From: Pseudobdellovibrionaceae bacterium
Lineage (GTDB): Bacteria > Bdellovibrionota > Bdellovibrionia > Bdellovibrionales > Bdellovibrionaceae
Assembly: GCA_041288045.1 (NCBI GenBank)
Contig: JBGGMM010000021.1
Coordinates: 1 to 19,926 of the forward strand
Reading direction: 5' to 3'
DNA: 19,926 nt
Below are positions 1-8,309 of this stretch, one piece after another. Both the position numbers and the translations under genes were made by a program. Numbering within the stretch: position 1 is the first letter of the stretch; each line of letters opens with the position of its first letter. Under the pieces are notes generated by a model. It searched no databases. It had not been told where the DNA came from and worked only from the letters and a program-made list of their open reading frames with translations.

Positions 1-2
1 TC

Positions 3-1325
3 TGTGAGTTTCTACCGGAAAAACCAGAATCTCACCATGCCTACTATGGAATTTTACGCTCACAGAAATTATCGATAAAGAGTGATCCAATTGACGAAGT
101 TGTGGTCACCTATTTTCAGAAAGGGCGCTCCTTCAGTGGAGAAGACACAATCGAAATCTCCTGTCATGGAAGCCCCCAAATCGTCAGAGAAATTCTTTCC
201 GAACTGATCAATGCAGGAGGGCGTCCCGCGGATCGAGGTGAGTTCACCTATCGAGCCTTCATGAATGGGCGCCTTGATTTGGTTCAAGCCGAAAGCGTTT
301 TGGCTTTGATTTAGAGTCAGTCCCATCAATCAGCCCACCAAGCGCTTCGTCAGCTTCAAGGGGATCTTTCAAAAGAACTTGAGAAAATTGAAAGTGATCT
401 GATTTGGTGTCTTGCGCACATTGAAGCTTCCATCGATTTTTCAACTGAGGGACTTGAAGTCGTCGATCCGGGAATTCTTTTGGGCAAGGTGCAAGACTTG
501 AAACGGCGAATTTTGAAGCTGGTTAAAAGCTTTCAAACAGGCCGCATTTTAAAAGACGGGTTTCGATTGGTTCTTTCTGGCGTCCCCAATGTAGGAAAAT
601 CAAGTCTTCTCAATCTTCTGGTTGAAGAAGACCGGGCCATCGTGACCGAGATCGCAGGAACAACCAGAGATCTGATCGAAGCCGCATTTATGGCCCATGG
701 TTTTAAAGTCAACGCCATCGATACTGCGGGCCTTCGTGAATCGGCAGATCGAGTTGAAAAACTCGGCATTGAGCGCAGTTATCGAGCTCTTCAGGAAGCC
801 GACGGAGTTTTTTTTATTTTTGATAGTTCGAAAGATTTAACCAATGAAGAGCTTCAAGAGCTTAGCCAGATGGATCTTTCAAAGACCTTTTTGGTTGGCA
901 ACAAGGCTGATCAGGGTTCTGAGGGCCCGAAGGAAAGAGTTCAACGAATAGAAAAGCAGTTGAAACAGCAAGAATTCATCCAAAAATTACAGGGTTTTGA
1001 CAAGCTTTTAAAAGAGAAGATCCACATTGTCTCGGCTTTCGATAAAAGAGATGCCGAGAGACTGAAAGATCTTTTGGCGAAAACTTTGGATGAAACCCAA
1101 TATGAAGATCAAGCGATCATCTCTCAAGCTCGGCACCACGAGAACCTCAGCAAGGCATTTGAAAATATGCTGCAATCTGAGGCGCTCGTCGAAGCGGGAA
1201 CAAGTCCTGAGCTTTCAGCTCTCGAGCTGAAAGAAGCGCTTCTTCGAGTGCAAGAGACGATTGGAAAAAGGTTTGATGATCAGGTCATGGATCGTGTTTT
1301 CAAAGAATTCTGCATCGGCAAGTGA
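3..1325 (+). CDS. mnmE: tRNA modification GTPase MnmE (TrmE); 5' end outside the window; interrupted by one in-frame TAG at 312-314 (sequencing error or nonsense allele)
   Basis: The frame is open from base 3, and ORFs 102..314 and 480..1325 share it. Motifs: [40 protein letters not shown] (after the stop), G1 [25 protein letters not shown]-terminal FCIGK. Adjacent to mnmG. Confidence 0.95.
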
Positions 1326-1339
1326 TAGGTAAAGGGAGT

Positions 1340-3247
1340 ATGATTCGACAAAGCGATTTTGATGTCATCGTGGTGGGAGCAGGACATGCGGGTGTTGAAG
1401 CTTCCTTGGCTTCGGCGCGGCTGGGGCTTTCCACTTTGATGGTGACTACGAATACGGATCGAATCGCCTACATGAGTTGTAATCCTTCAATCGGTGGTTT
1501 GGCCAAGGGCCACATGGTTCGAGAGATTGATGTCATGGGCGGAGAAATGGGATTCGCTGCCGACGCAACATGCATTCAATTCAAACGGCTCAACTCTCGC
1601 AAGGGCCCGGCAGTTCGCGGGTCGCGCGTTCAAAACGATAAGCATCTCTATTCAAGATACATGACTGAAAAACTTTTTTCTCAGGCAAATTTGACTGTTC
1701 GTCAGGGCGAGGTAAAGCGGCTTTTGTTGGAGGGCAATTTGTGCGCAGGAGTTGTTCTTCACGACGGCTCAGAGATTCGCGCCAAAGCCACAGTTATCAC
1801 CACCGGCACCTTTATGAACGGAGTGATGCATGTGGGACTTCAGCAAACTCCAGGTGGGCGTGTTGGAGACCTGGCCTCCGTTGGTCTGTCTGATCAGCTT
1901 CGGGAGTTTGGCTTTACGGTTCGGCGGCTGAAAACCGGAACCCCAGCTCGTCTTCATAAAGACAGCATTGATTGGTCCAAGACCACTCCTCAGTACGGAG
2001 ATGAAAGATTTTTTCCGTTTAGCTTTAAATCTTCTTCAGAATATCAGCTTCCGCAGGTGGCCTGCTTTTTGTCCCGCACCACCGAAGCCACACACGAAAT
2101 CATTCGAAAAAATCTGGATAAATCTCCGATGTATTGCGGAGTGATTGAAGGAACGGGGCCGCGCTATTGTCCTTCAATTGAAGATAAAGTGGTTCGTTTT
2201 GCAGATAAAAATACGCATCAGACCTTTCTCGAGCCCGAAGGACTGAATACGGACCTCATTTATCTGCAAGGAATTTCCACAAGCCTTCCCGAGGATGTTC
2301 AGCTGGATTTTCTGAAGACCATCCCGGGTCTTGAAAACGTCAAAGTGGTCCGATTCGGCTATGCTGTTGAATATGACTTTATTGAGCCGACACAAATTTG
2401 GCATCGTTTAGAGACTCGCCCTGTTCAACAGCTTTTTTTGGCGGGACAAATTAATGGGACCAGCGGCTATGAAGAGGCGGCCGCGCAGGGATTTGTGGCC
2501 GGTGTGAATGCCGCGCATTCGGTCCTTGGTCGGGGAGAGTTTGTTTTGAATCGGGATCAAGCCTACATCGGCGTTTTGGTCGATGATTTGGTGACCAAAG
2601 GAACTCGTGAGCCTTATCGAATGTTCACGTCTCGAGCAGAACACCGGTTAGTTTTAAGAGAAGACAATACAATCGATAGGTTGGGTGGCATTGGTCAGCG
2701 CCTGGGTTTAATGAGTGACGAGGCAAAGTTGCGGCTTGAGAGCTTGACCCTTCGTCGAGGCCAGTTGCTTCAAAAACTTCGTGAGACAAAGGTCTATCCG
2801 ACAGCAGAAATGCAAGCAAAGCTGGCCGAAATTCAGACGCCAGTTTTAGGAAAATCAATTACATTCGAAGAGTTGCTTCGTCGGCCAGAGGTCGATTGTT
2901 CTTTGCTTCCGAGCCTTGGATTCGAGCTGGAATTGGACCCAAATGTCTGTGAGCCAGTGGAAATTGAGATTAAATATTCTGGCTATGTGAAACGACAGAT
3001 CGAATTGATTCAACAGTCAAAACGCCTCGAAGATCTGCGTTTGGATGAAGAGTTGAACTATCGCGAAATTCGCGGCCTTTCCAATGAAGAAATCGAAAAA
3101 CTCTCGCGTGTGAAGCCTAGAACTTTAGGTCAAGCCCAGCGCATTAGCGGAGTTAATCCTTCGGCTGTTCAGGCAATCATGATATACCTGAAGGGGCGAA
3201 AGAAGCTGCAGGAGATGGACCTTGAACTTCGCCAAGAGTGGATCTGA
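1340..3247 (+). CDS. mnmG: tRNA uridine 5-carboxymethylaminomethyl modification enzyme MnmG (GidA)
   Basis: FAD-binding [79 protein letters not shown]. Start is either ATG 1340 or GTG 1322, which overlaps the mnmE stop. Confidence 0.97.
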   Translation: MIRQSDFDVIVVGAGHAGVEASLASARLGLSTLMVTTNTDRIAYMSCNPSIGGLAKGHMVREIDVMGGEMGFAADATCIQFKRLNSRKGPAVRGSRVQNDKHLYSRYMTEKLFSQANLTVRQGEVKRLLLEGNLCAGVVLHDGSEIRAKATVITTGTFMNGVMHVGLQQTPGGRVGDLASVGLSDQLREFGFTVRRLKTGTPARLHKDSIDWSKTTPQYGDERFFPFSFKSSSEYQLPQVACFLSRTTEATHEIIRKNLDKSPMYCGVIEGTGPRYCPSIEDKVVRFADKNTHQTFLEPEGLNTDLIYLQGISTSLPEDVQLDFLKTIPGLENVKVVRFGYAVEYDFIEPTQIWHRLETRPVQQLFLAGQINGTSGYEEAAAQGFVAGVNAAHSVLGRGEFVLNRDQAYIGVLVDDLVTKGTREPYRMFTSRAEHRLVLREDNTIDRLGGIGQRLGLMSDEAKLRLESLTLRRGQLLQKLRETKVYPTAEMQAKLAEIQTPVLGKSITFEELLRRPEVDCSLLPSLGFELELDPNVCEPVEIEIKYSGYVKRQIELIQQSKRLEDLRLDEELNYREIRGLSNEEIEKLSRVKPRTLGQAQRISGVNPSAVQAIMIYLKGRKKLQEMDLELRQEWI

Positions 3248-3890
3248 TTCTATTACTATTTTTTGGAGAATTGATCAGTGGTTTCCCGACCTGTCATCGG
3301 ATTGCCGCGCCCTTTTAAAAAAATATCATGACGAGCTTTTAAAATTTAATAAAACGGTCAATCTGATTGGCGTGAAGACAATTCCAATGGCCGACGCCAT
3401 TCACTTTGCCGACTCCATTTTGGCCACGCGCATCATGGAAAAAGAAATCAGCCATGATGAGATTTATGACTTTGGTTCAGGAAATGGCTTTCCTGGTTTG
3501 ATTATGGCGCTCATGATGCCTAAGAAAAGATTCCATTTGGTAGAGATCGATCAAAGAAAAGCAGAATTCCTCAAGCACATGATCACTTTGCTTGGTTTAA
3601 AGAATGCTGATGTGATGGTTCGTCAGATTGAAAGCTTTCCAGAAGGCTCAATTCAATGTGCAGTTTCTCGAGGATTCGCCTCGATTTCGAAGTCCATTCT
3701 GATGACTCGAAAGATTTTTCCAATTGGCGGAATCTATTACCATCTTAAAAGTGAAGAGTGGGCGACCGAGATCGCCGATATTCCCACACAGCTTTGTTCT
3801 TATTGGCAGCCAGGACTGCTAGGCGAATACAAGCTTCCGGTGGGCGAAGTTCGCTTTGCTGTCGTTAAGACTCAAAAAATCAACAATTGA
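3222..3890 (+). CDS. rsmG: 16S rRNA m7G527 methyltransferase RsmG (GidB)
   Basis: [17 protein letters not shown]-binding [26 protein letters not shown]. Directly after mnmG. AGGAG lies about 7 nt upstream of the TTG start. Confidence 0.92.
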   Translation: MNFAKSGSDSITIFWRIDQWFPDLSSDCRALLKKYHDELLKFNKTVNLIGVKTIPMADAIHFADSILATRIMEKEISHDEIYDFGSGNGFPGLIMALMMPKKRFHLVEIDQRKAEFLKHMITLLGLKNADVMVRQIESFPEGSIQCAVSRGFASISKSILMTRKIFPIGGIYYHLKSEEWATEIADIPTQLCSYWQPGLLGEYKLPVGEVRFAVVKTQKINN

Positions 3891-3891
3891 T

Positions 3892-3907
3892 TGTTCCACG
3901 TGGAACA
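3892..3907. promoter_or_regulatory. parS centromere site 1 (TGTTCCACGTGGAACA)
   Basis: Perfect 16-bp palindrome (18 bp with flanks, 3891-3908) matching the widespread parS consensus TGTTNCACGTGNAACA, about 600 bp upstream of parA. Confidence 0.92.
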
Positions 3908-3910
3908 AAA

Positions 3911-4426
3911 TCAGTCGTGACCCTTCTTTTCTTCAGGTTCACCTGGTGGTTTTTCGGAATTAAACGAGATTCCAAGCTTCGACTGCTCCATTCGCTGCTG
4001 AATGCTCCAGTTTCGAGGGGCGACCTCAAGTTTTCGTTGGATTTTATACTCTTCCCACTCTTTTGGCGGGGGCCAGCTCTTTTTTTCTCTAAAAGCCGCC
4101 AAATATTTCTCTCGAGCCCATTTTTTTCGTGTTTCAGCCCTTAAGGACCAATATTGTTGGGCTTGTTTGAGCTTTTCGATCCTAGCGCGGGTTTCATAAA
4201 CTCTTTTTTGCGCATATTTGACTTGTCCTGTTTGTGGGGCCACCGCTGCCAGGTCTTTTTCAAACCCCTCGAGCTCTTTTGAGGCTGCACTGAGCGCAGC
4301 CTTCACTTTTCCCTCTTCTTTGAGCAAATCATCATAGATCGGATCCATTTTTTCGGGTTCCGATTGAGGTTTGTCACAGGCAACAAACACAAACAGCAGC
4401 ATGGTAAGAGTCAGAAAAGTTCTCAT
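3911..4426 (-). CDS. hypothetical lipoprotein (coiled-coil, Trp/Lys-rich C-terminal half)
   Basis: 171-aa ORF filling the gap between rsmG and parA. N-terminus MRTFLTLTMLLFVFVA-C has a basic residue, a hydrophobic stretch and a lipobox-like FVAC, followed by charged heptad-like helices. Confidence 0.8.
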   Translation of the reverse strand: MRTFLTLTMLLFVFVACDKPQSEPEKMDPIYDDLLKEEGKVKAALSAASKELEGFEKDLAAVAPQTGQVKYAQKRVYETRARIEKLKQAQQYWSLRAETRKKWAREKYLAAFREKKSWPPPKEWEEYKIQRKLEVAPRNWSIQQRMEQSKLGISFNSEKPPGEPEEKKGHD

Positions 4427-4441
4427 GTTCCACGTGGAACA
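4426..4441. promoter_or_regulatory. parS centromere site 2 (TGTTCCACGTGGAACA)
   Basis: Identical to site 1 (18-bp palindrome with flanks, 4425-4442). Lies 71 bp upstream of the parA ATG and overlaps the lipoprotein start codon. Confidence 0.92.
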
Positions 4442-4512
4442 TCGGATTTTTTAGCAAAAGCCTTGAATTCATATAAAAAATACTGGATTTTTGTATGTAG
4501 ACGAGGGGAAAA

Positions 4513-5322
4513 ATGACAAAAACGATTTGTATCGCGAATCAAAAGGGCGGTGTTGGCAAAACCACCACCTCAGTGAACCTTTCCTCAGCCCTAGCTCACC
4601 TAGGTAAGAAGGTTCTTTTAATCGACATGGACCCGCAAGGGAACGCATCTTCAGGATTAGGGCTTAAACGATTCGAAAGCCAAGATTCAAACACCTATCA
4701 TGTGCTTATTGGCGAAAAAACGTTAACTGAAGCCTCACAACAAACTAAAATTGCGAATCTTCAAGTGGCCACTGCCAATCCTGATTTGGTGGGCGCTGAA
4801 ATCGAACTTGTTGACTTGCCGCATCGTGAATATCGCCTGAAAACGGCGATTGCCTCAGTCGCGCATAAATATGATTACATTATCATTGATTGCCCCCCCT
4901 CTCTGGGGCTTCTCACTTTAAATGCCCTAACAGCAGCCGATTCATTTTTAGTTCCTCTTCAGTGTGAGTACTATGCTCTTGAGGGTCTCAGTCAGCTTTT
5001 GAATACTGCGGGGATCATTAAGAAAAATTTGAATCCTGCTCTTCATATTGAGGGCATTGTCCTAACGATGTTTGATACGAGAAACAATCTTTCTCATCAG
5101 GTGGTCACAGAAATCCGGAATCACTTTGCCGAAAAAGTTTTTGCTGCCGTTATTCCAAGAAATGTTCGCTTAAGCGAGGCGCCTAGCCATGGTCAGTCTA
5201 TTTTTGAATATGATGGAAGATCTATTGGCGCAATTAAGTACCTAGAGTTGGCAAAAGAGCTAGAGCAAAGGACTCAGAAAACCCTCAACAACAATCCACT
5301 TGAGGGGGATTTAAATGTCTGA
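4513..5322 (+). CDS. parA: chromosome partitioning ATPase ParA/Soj
   Basis: Deviant Walker A NQKGGVGKTT, LIDMDPQGNASSGLG, IIDCPPSLGLLT, PLQCEYYALEGL, IPRNVRLSEAPSHG. GAGGGG RBS upstream. Confidence 0.96.
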   Translation: MTKTICIANQKGGVGKTTTSVNLSSALAHLGKKVLLIDMDPQGNASSGLGLKRFESQDSNTYHVLIGEKTLTEASQQTKIANLQVATANPDLVGAEIELVDLPHREYRLKTAIASVAHKYDYIIIDCPPSLGLLTLNALTAADSFLVPLQCEYYALEGLSQLLNTAGIIKKNLNPALHIEGIVLTMFDTRNNLSHQVVTEIRNHFAEKVFAAVIPRNVRLSEAPSHGQSIFEYDGRSIGAIKYLELAKELEQRTQKTLNNNPLEGDLNV

Positions 5323-6307
5323 ATTAACTAAAGATAATCAGAACAAAAAGGCTCGATTGGGCCGAGGACTAGGATCTTTGCTTGGCGGTGGTTCGGATAG
5401 TCTATCCACGCCGCCCCCCCAGGCGACGCCGGCGCCAAACCTACCCAAAATGGATACCCAAACTACTCAAATGAATATCCAAAAAGAGCCGGCTTTGCCT
5501 CCAGAGGCCAGAGTTTGGCAAGTGGCTATTGATAAGTTGTCAGCCAGTGAGTATCAACCGCGAAATCACTTTGAAAAAGACAAGCTAGAAGAGCTGGCCG
5601 CCTCTATTAAACAAAATGGAATTCTTCAGCCGATCGTCGCTCGAAAGCTTCCCTCGGGTCGATTTGAAATTATCGCTGGCGAAAGGCGCTGGAGAGCCGC
5701 TCAGCTCGCGGGCCTTCATGAAGTTCCTGTCATCCTGAAGACTTTGGAAAATCAAGCCGCTCTTGAGTTGGCAATTATCGAAAACATTCAGCGTGAGGAC
5801 TTAAATCCAATTGATGAAGCAGAAGCCTATCAACGACTTTCGTCAGAGTTCAGTCTCACTCAACAGCAAGTGGCGGATAAGGTTGGTAAGGATCGCGCCA
5901 CGGTTGCCAATGCAATGAGACTTTTGGCGCTTCCGAAAGCTGTGAAAGATCTCGTCATTCAAAAAGAAATTTCTACTGGCCACGCCAAAGTCCTGTTGAG
6001 CCTGACAAATCCACAAAAGCAAGTGGAGCTGGCAAAAAGAATCAGTCAGCAAAAAATCAGTGTTCGGCAGTTAGAAAAATTGGTTGTTGCAGAAGCAGCA
6101 GGAACAGTTGCTGAACCCTCGGCCCCCAACAACCAGGACCTCATGAAGCAAAAACTTGTCAGTACTTTAGCCGAAGACTTGCAAAAAACTCTCGGCACCA
6201 AGGTGACCATCGATTATCGTCAATCCAAGGGACAAGTTTCGATTCACTTTTACTCAGACGAAGAGCTGACTCAAATTGTAGAGCGTCTGAAAGAGAGCCA
6301 TGGATAG
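5315..6307 (+). CDS. parB: chromosome partitioning protein ParB/Spo0J
   Basis: N-terminal LGRGLGSLL ParA-interacting peptide, YQPRNHF, GILQPIV, CTP-binding IIAGERRWRAA, IENIQREDLNPIDEA, HTH with GKDRATVANAMRLL. Overlaps the parA stop. Confidence 0.96.
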   Translation: MSELTKDNQNKKARLGRGLGSLLGGGSDSLSTPPPQATPAPNLPKMDTQTTQMNIQKEPALPPEARVWQVAIDKLSASEYQPRNHFEKDKLEELAASIKQNGILQPIVARKLPSGRFEIIAGERRWRAAQLAGLHEVPVILKTLENQAALELAIIENIQREDLNPIDEAEAYQRLSSEFSLTQQQVADKVGKDRATVANAMRLLALPKAVKDLVIQKEISTGHAKVLLSLTNPQKQVELAKRISQQKISVRQLEKLVVAEAAGTVAEPSAPNNQDLMKQKLVSTLAEDLQKTLGTKVTIDYRQSKGQVSIHFYSDEELTQIVERLKESHG

Positions 6308-6656
6308 CACAGAAGTTTTTCAAGAAAACGCAATGGGTCACGTCACTGCTATTTTGGATCAAGGCGCAAGCTTTGAGGGAAAACTCACGTTCGAAGGCAC
6401 TGTGCAAATTGGCGGCGCCTTTAAAGGTGAAATCTTCACCAAGGATGTGCTCATTATAAATCAGGGTGCCCTTGTCACGGCACAAATTGAAGCAGACACC
6501 ATTATTATCAGTGGAGTTGTTGAGGGAAATCTTTTTGCGAGGCGGCGAGTAGTCATGCACCCGCCAGCAATTTTCAAAGGAACTGTCACAACACCATCTT
6601 TAAGGATCGACGAAGGGGTCGTCTTTGAAGGTGCCTCTTACATGCCTAAAACCTAA
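6300..6656 (+). CDS. bactofilin / polymer-forming cytoskeletal protein
   Basis: Bactofilin beta-helix pattern TAILDQGASFEGKLTFEGTVQIGGAFKGEI...IISGVVEGNL...LRIDEGVVFEG. Overlaps the parB stop by 8 nt. Alternative start ATG 6333. Confidence 0.88.
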   Translation: MDSTEVFQENAMGHVTAILDQGASFEGKLTFEGTVQIGGAFKGEIFTKDVLIINQGALVTAQIEADTIIISGVVEGNLFARRRVVMHPPAIFKGTVTTPSLRIDEGVVFEGASYMPKT

Positions 6657-6670
6657 GCCATTTAAAGCCC

Positions 6671-6698
6671 TTGACCATTTCTTGAGGTCAGTGATACT
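6671..6698 (+). promoter_or_regulatory. candidate sigma70-type promoter for the atp operon
   Basis: TTGACC (6671-6676), 16-bp spacer, GATACT (6693-6698) in the 100-bp gap before atpF'. By eye only. Confidence 0.35.
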
Positions 6699-6756
6699 TC
6701 CCAGCAGACCCGGATTTTGACGTCAATTTCAAAACATTTGGATTGGAATTATCTGC

Positions 6757-7191
6757 ATGGCGATTTTAGAGCAGCTTGGACTGAACTCCTCTTTTTTCTT
6801 TCAATTCGTGATTTTTGCATTCGCTTATATCGTGCTTTCTCGACTTGTTTTTACTCCTTATTCACAAGCACTTGAACAGCGCGAGCAAAGAACGACAGGC
6901 GGCGAAGATCTCGCTGTCGAAATCAGCAAGCAAGCAGATCAACTTCAAAATCAGTATGAAGCCAAAGCCCGAGAAGTTTCGGGATCAGTGAAAACAATCT
7001 TTGATGAGTATCGCCAAGGCGCCAGCAAAGAATATGAAAAAATAGTTTCCAAGGCGCGAAGTGAATCTCAAAAACTAGTTGAAGAAGCTCGGCAAAAAGT
7101 GACTGTAGAAATGAGCGCTGCCGCCGCAAAAATCAAAGCCGAAGCTCCCATCATTGCACAAGAAATGACCCAGCGCCTGTTGGCCAAATAG
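6757..7191 (+). CDS. atpF: ATP synthase F0 subunit b' (b-like paralog)
   Basis: N-terminal TM helix (FFFQFVIFAFAYIVLSRLVFTPY), then LEQREQR and a long A/E/K-rich coiled coil. First of two b-type genes before delta. Confidence 0.82.
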   Translation: MAILEQLGLNSSFFFQFVIFAFAYIVLSRLVFTPYSQALEQREQRTTGGEDLAVEISKQADQLQNQYEAKAREVSGSVKTIFDEYRQGASKEYEKIVSKARSESQKLVEEARQKVTVEMSAAAAKIKAEAPIIAQEMTQRLLAK

Positions 7192-7201
7192 GACAATAAA
7201 A

Positions 7202-7768
7202 ATGAAATACTTGATTCCAACTCTGATAACACTTCTCTCTTTTGCAGCTTTAGCGGCCAGCGAAGCGGGACACGATGACCACTCGGTTCCAACTCAACTG
7301 ATCGTGCATCAGGCCTTCAACGTTGTGATCATCGTGATTGGTCTGGTTTATTTTGTCAGAAAACCACTTCGTCAGCACTTTCAGGACAAACGAAACAGCT
7401 TTTTGAATGCTGCTCAAAAAGCAGCCGCAGCTCGCAAAGAGGCGGAAGAGCAAAGAATGGAAATTCAAGTGAAGCTCAATCGCCTGGAAAGCACAGCAGA
7501 TGAAAGCGTCGCCCGAGCGCGCGCCGAAGCGGCTGATATGAAAAAACAGCTGATTGCAGAAGCAGAGGCGCTTTCCAAGCGCATTCGTGAAGAAGCGGAA
7601 CAAGCGGCTCGTCTGGAAGTTGAAAAAGCAAAACGAAATTTGCGAGAGACTTTAATTAAAGACTCTTTATCAATGGCGCGGTCTCAGCTTTCCACTAAAG
7701 TCACTGCTGAAGACCATCAGCGCCTTCAAACTGATTTTCTCTCACACATTCAGGCGGTGCAGAAATGA
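7202..7768 (+). CDS. atpF: ATP synthase F0 subunit b
   Basis: TM segment AFNVVIIVIGLVYFVRKPL followed by a long coiled coil. Immediately precedes atpH, with an ATGA overlap. Confidence 0.85.
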   Translation: MKYLIPTLITLLSFAALAASEAGHDDHSVPTQLIVHQAFNVVIIVIGLVYFVRKPLRQHFQDKRNSFLNAAQKAAAARKEAEEQRMEIQVKLNRLESTADESVARARAEAADMKKQLIAEAEALSKRIREEAEQAARLEVEKAKRNLRETLIKDSLSMARSQLSTKVTAEDHQRLQTDFLSHIQAVQK

Positions 7769-8307
7769 TTAGCGAAGCAGGACGTCGGTACGCCCGTGCA
7801 CTTTATGAGTTGTCTAAAGCTGCAAAAAACCAAGAGCAGGTTTTTTCTGAACTTCGAATTTTGAAGCAGGTTTTTCAAGGCGATAAAAGCATTTCTGACT
7901 TTGTCTCTTCACCAATGATTCCGCCCGATCAAAAAATTGCCGCGCTTAAAGGTGCTCTGGTTGGAAAAGCCAGCAATGAAGTGACAAATACCATGACTCT
8001 TCTGGCAGAAAAAAATCGCTTAGCGATTTTCACTGAAATGGTCGATGCCTTCGAAGCGATTAGCGATCAGGATCACGGCGTCACTCGTGGCACGGTTCGC
8101 TCGGCCAGCCCGCTCAGCGCAGAGGCTCGTAAAAAAATCGAAGAGACCGTTACTAAAGTAACTAAGAAAAAAGTGATTTTGAATTTTTCAGAAGACCCAA
8201 AGCTCCTAGGCGGCATGATCGCCGAAGTGGGCGGATGGACATTTGACGATAGCTTAGAAACACATCTTACTCGCATGAGTGAAGAACTGAACAGGAGAGC
8301 ACACTAA
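7765..8307 (+). CDS. atpH: ATP synthase F1 subunit delta
   Basis: [48 protein letters not shown]. Confidence 0.95.
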   Translation: MISEAGRRYARALYELSKAAKNQEQVFSELRILKQVFQGDKSISDFVSSPMIPPDQKIAALKGALVGKASNEVTNTMTLLAEKNRLAIFTEMVDAFEAISDQDHGVTRGTVRSASPLSAEARKKIEETVTKVTKKKVILNFSEDPKLLGGMIAEVGGWTFDDSLETHLTRMSEELNRRAH

Positions 8308-8309
8308 AA

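Noticed and set aside
312..314. Genome-wide TAG reassignment (alternative genetic code)
   Set aside because: atpF', atpC and nuoH end at TAG at the expected positions, and no other gene in the window has an internal TAG.
102..1325. Two separate genes (102..314 and 480..1325) or a frameshift
   Set aside because: Both are in the same frame and the intervening 315-479 encodes MnmE-like sequence, so this is one gene with a single stop.
3887..4199. Plus-strand ORFs 3887..4144 and 4002..4199
   Set aside because: Antisense to the better-supported lipoprotein ORF. Their Phe-rich composition mirrors its Lys/Glu codons.
3891..4442. The 16-bp repeat pair as CRISPR repeats, IS ends or an intrinsic terminator
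   Set aside because: Only two copies 534 bp apart, no cas or transposase gene, no downstream U-tract, and an excellent match to the parS consensus next to parAB.
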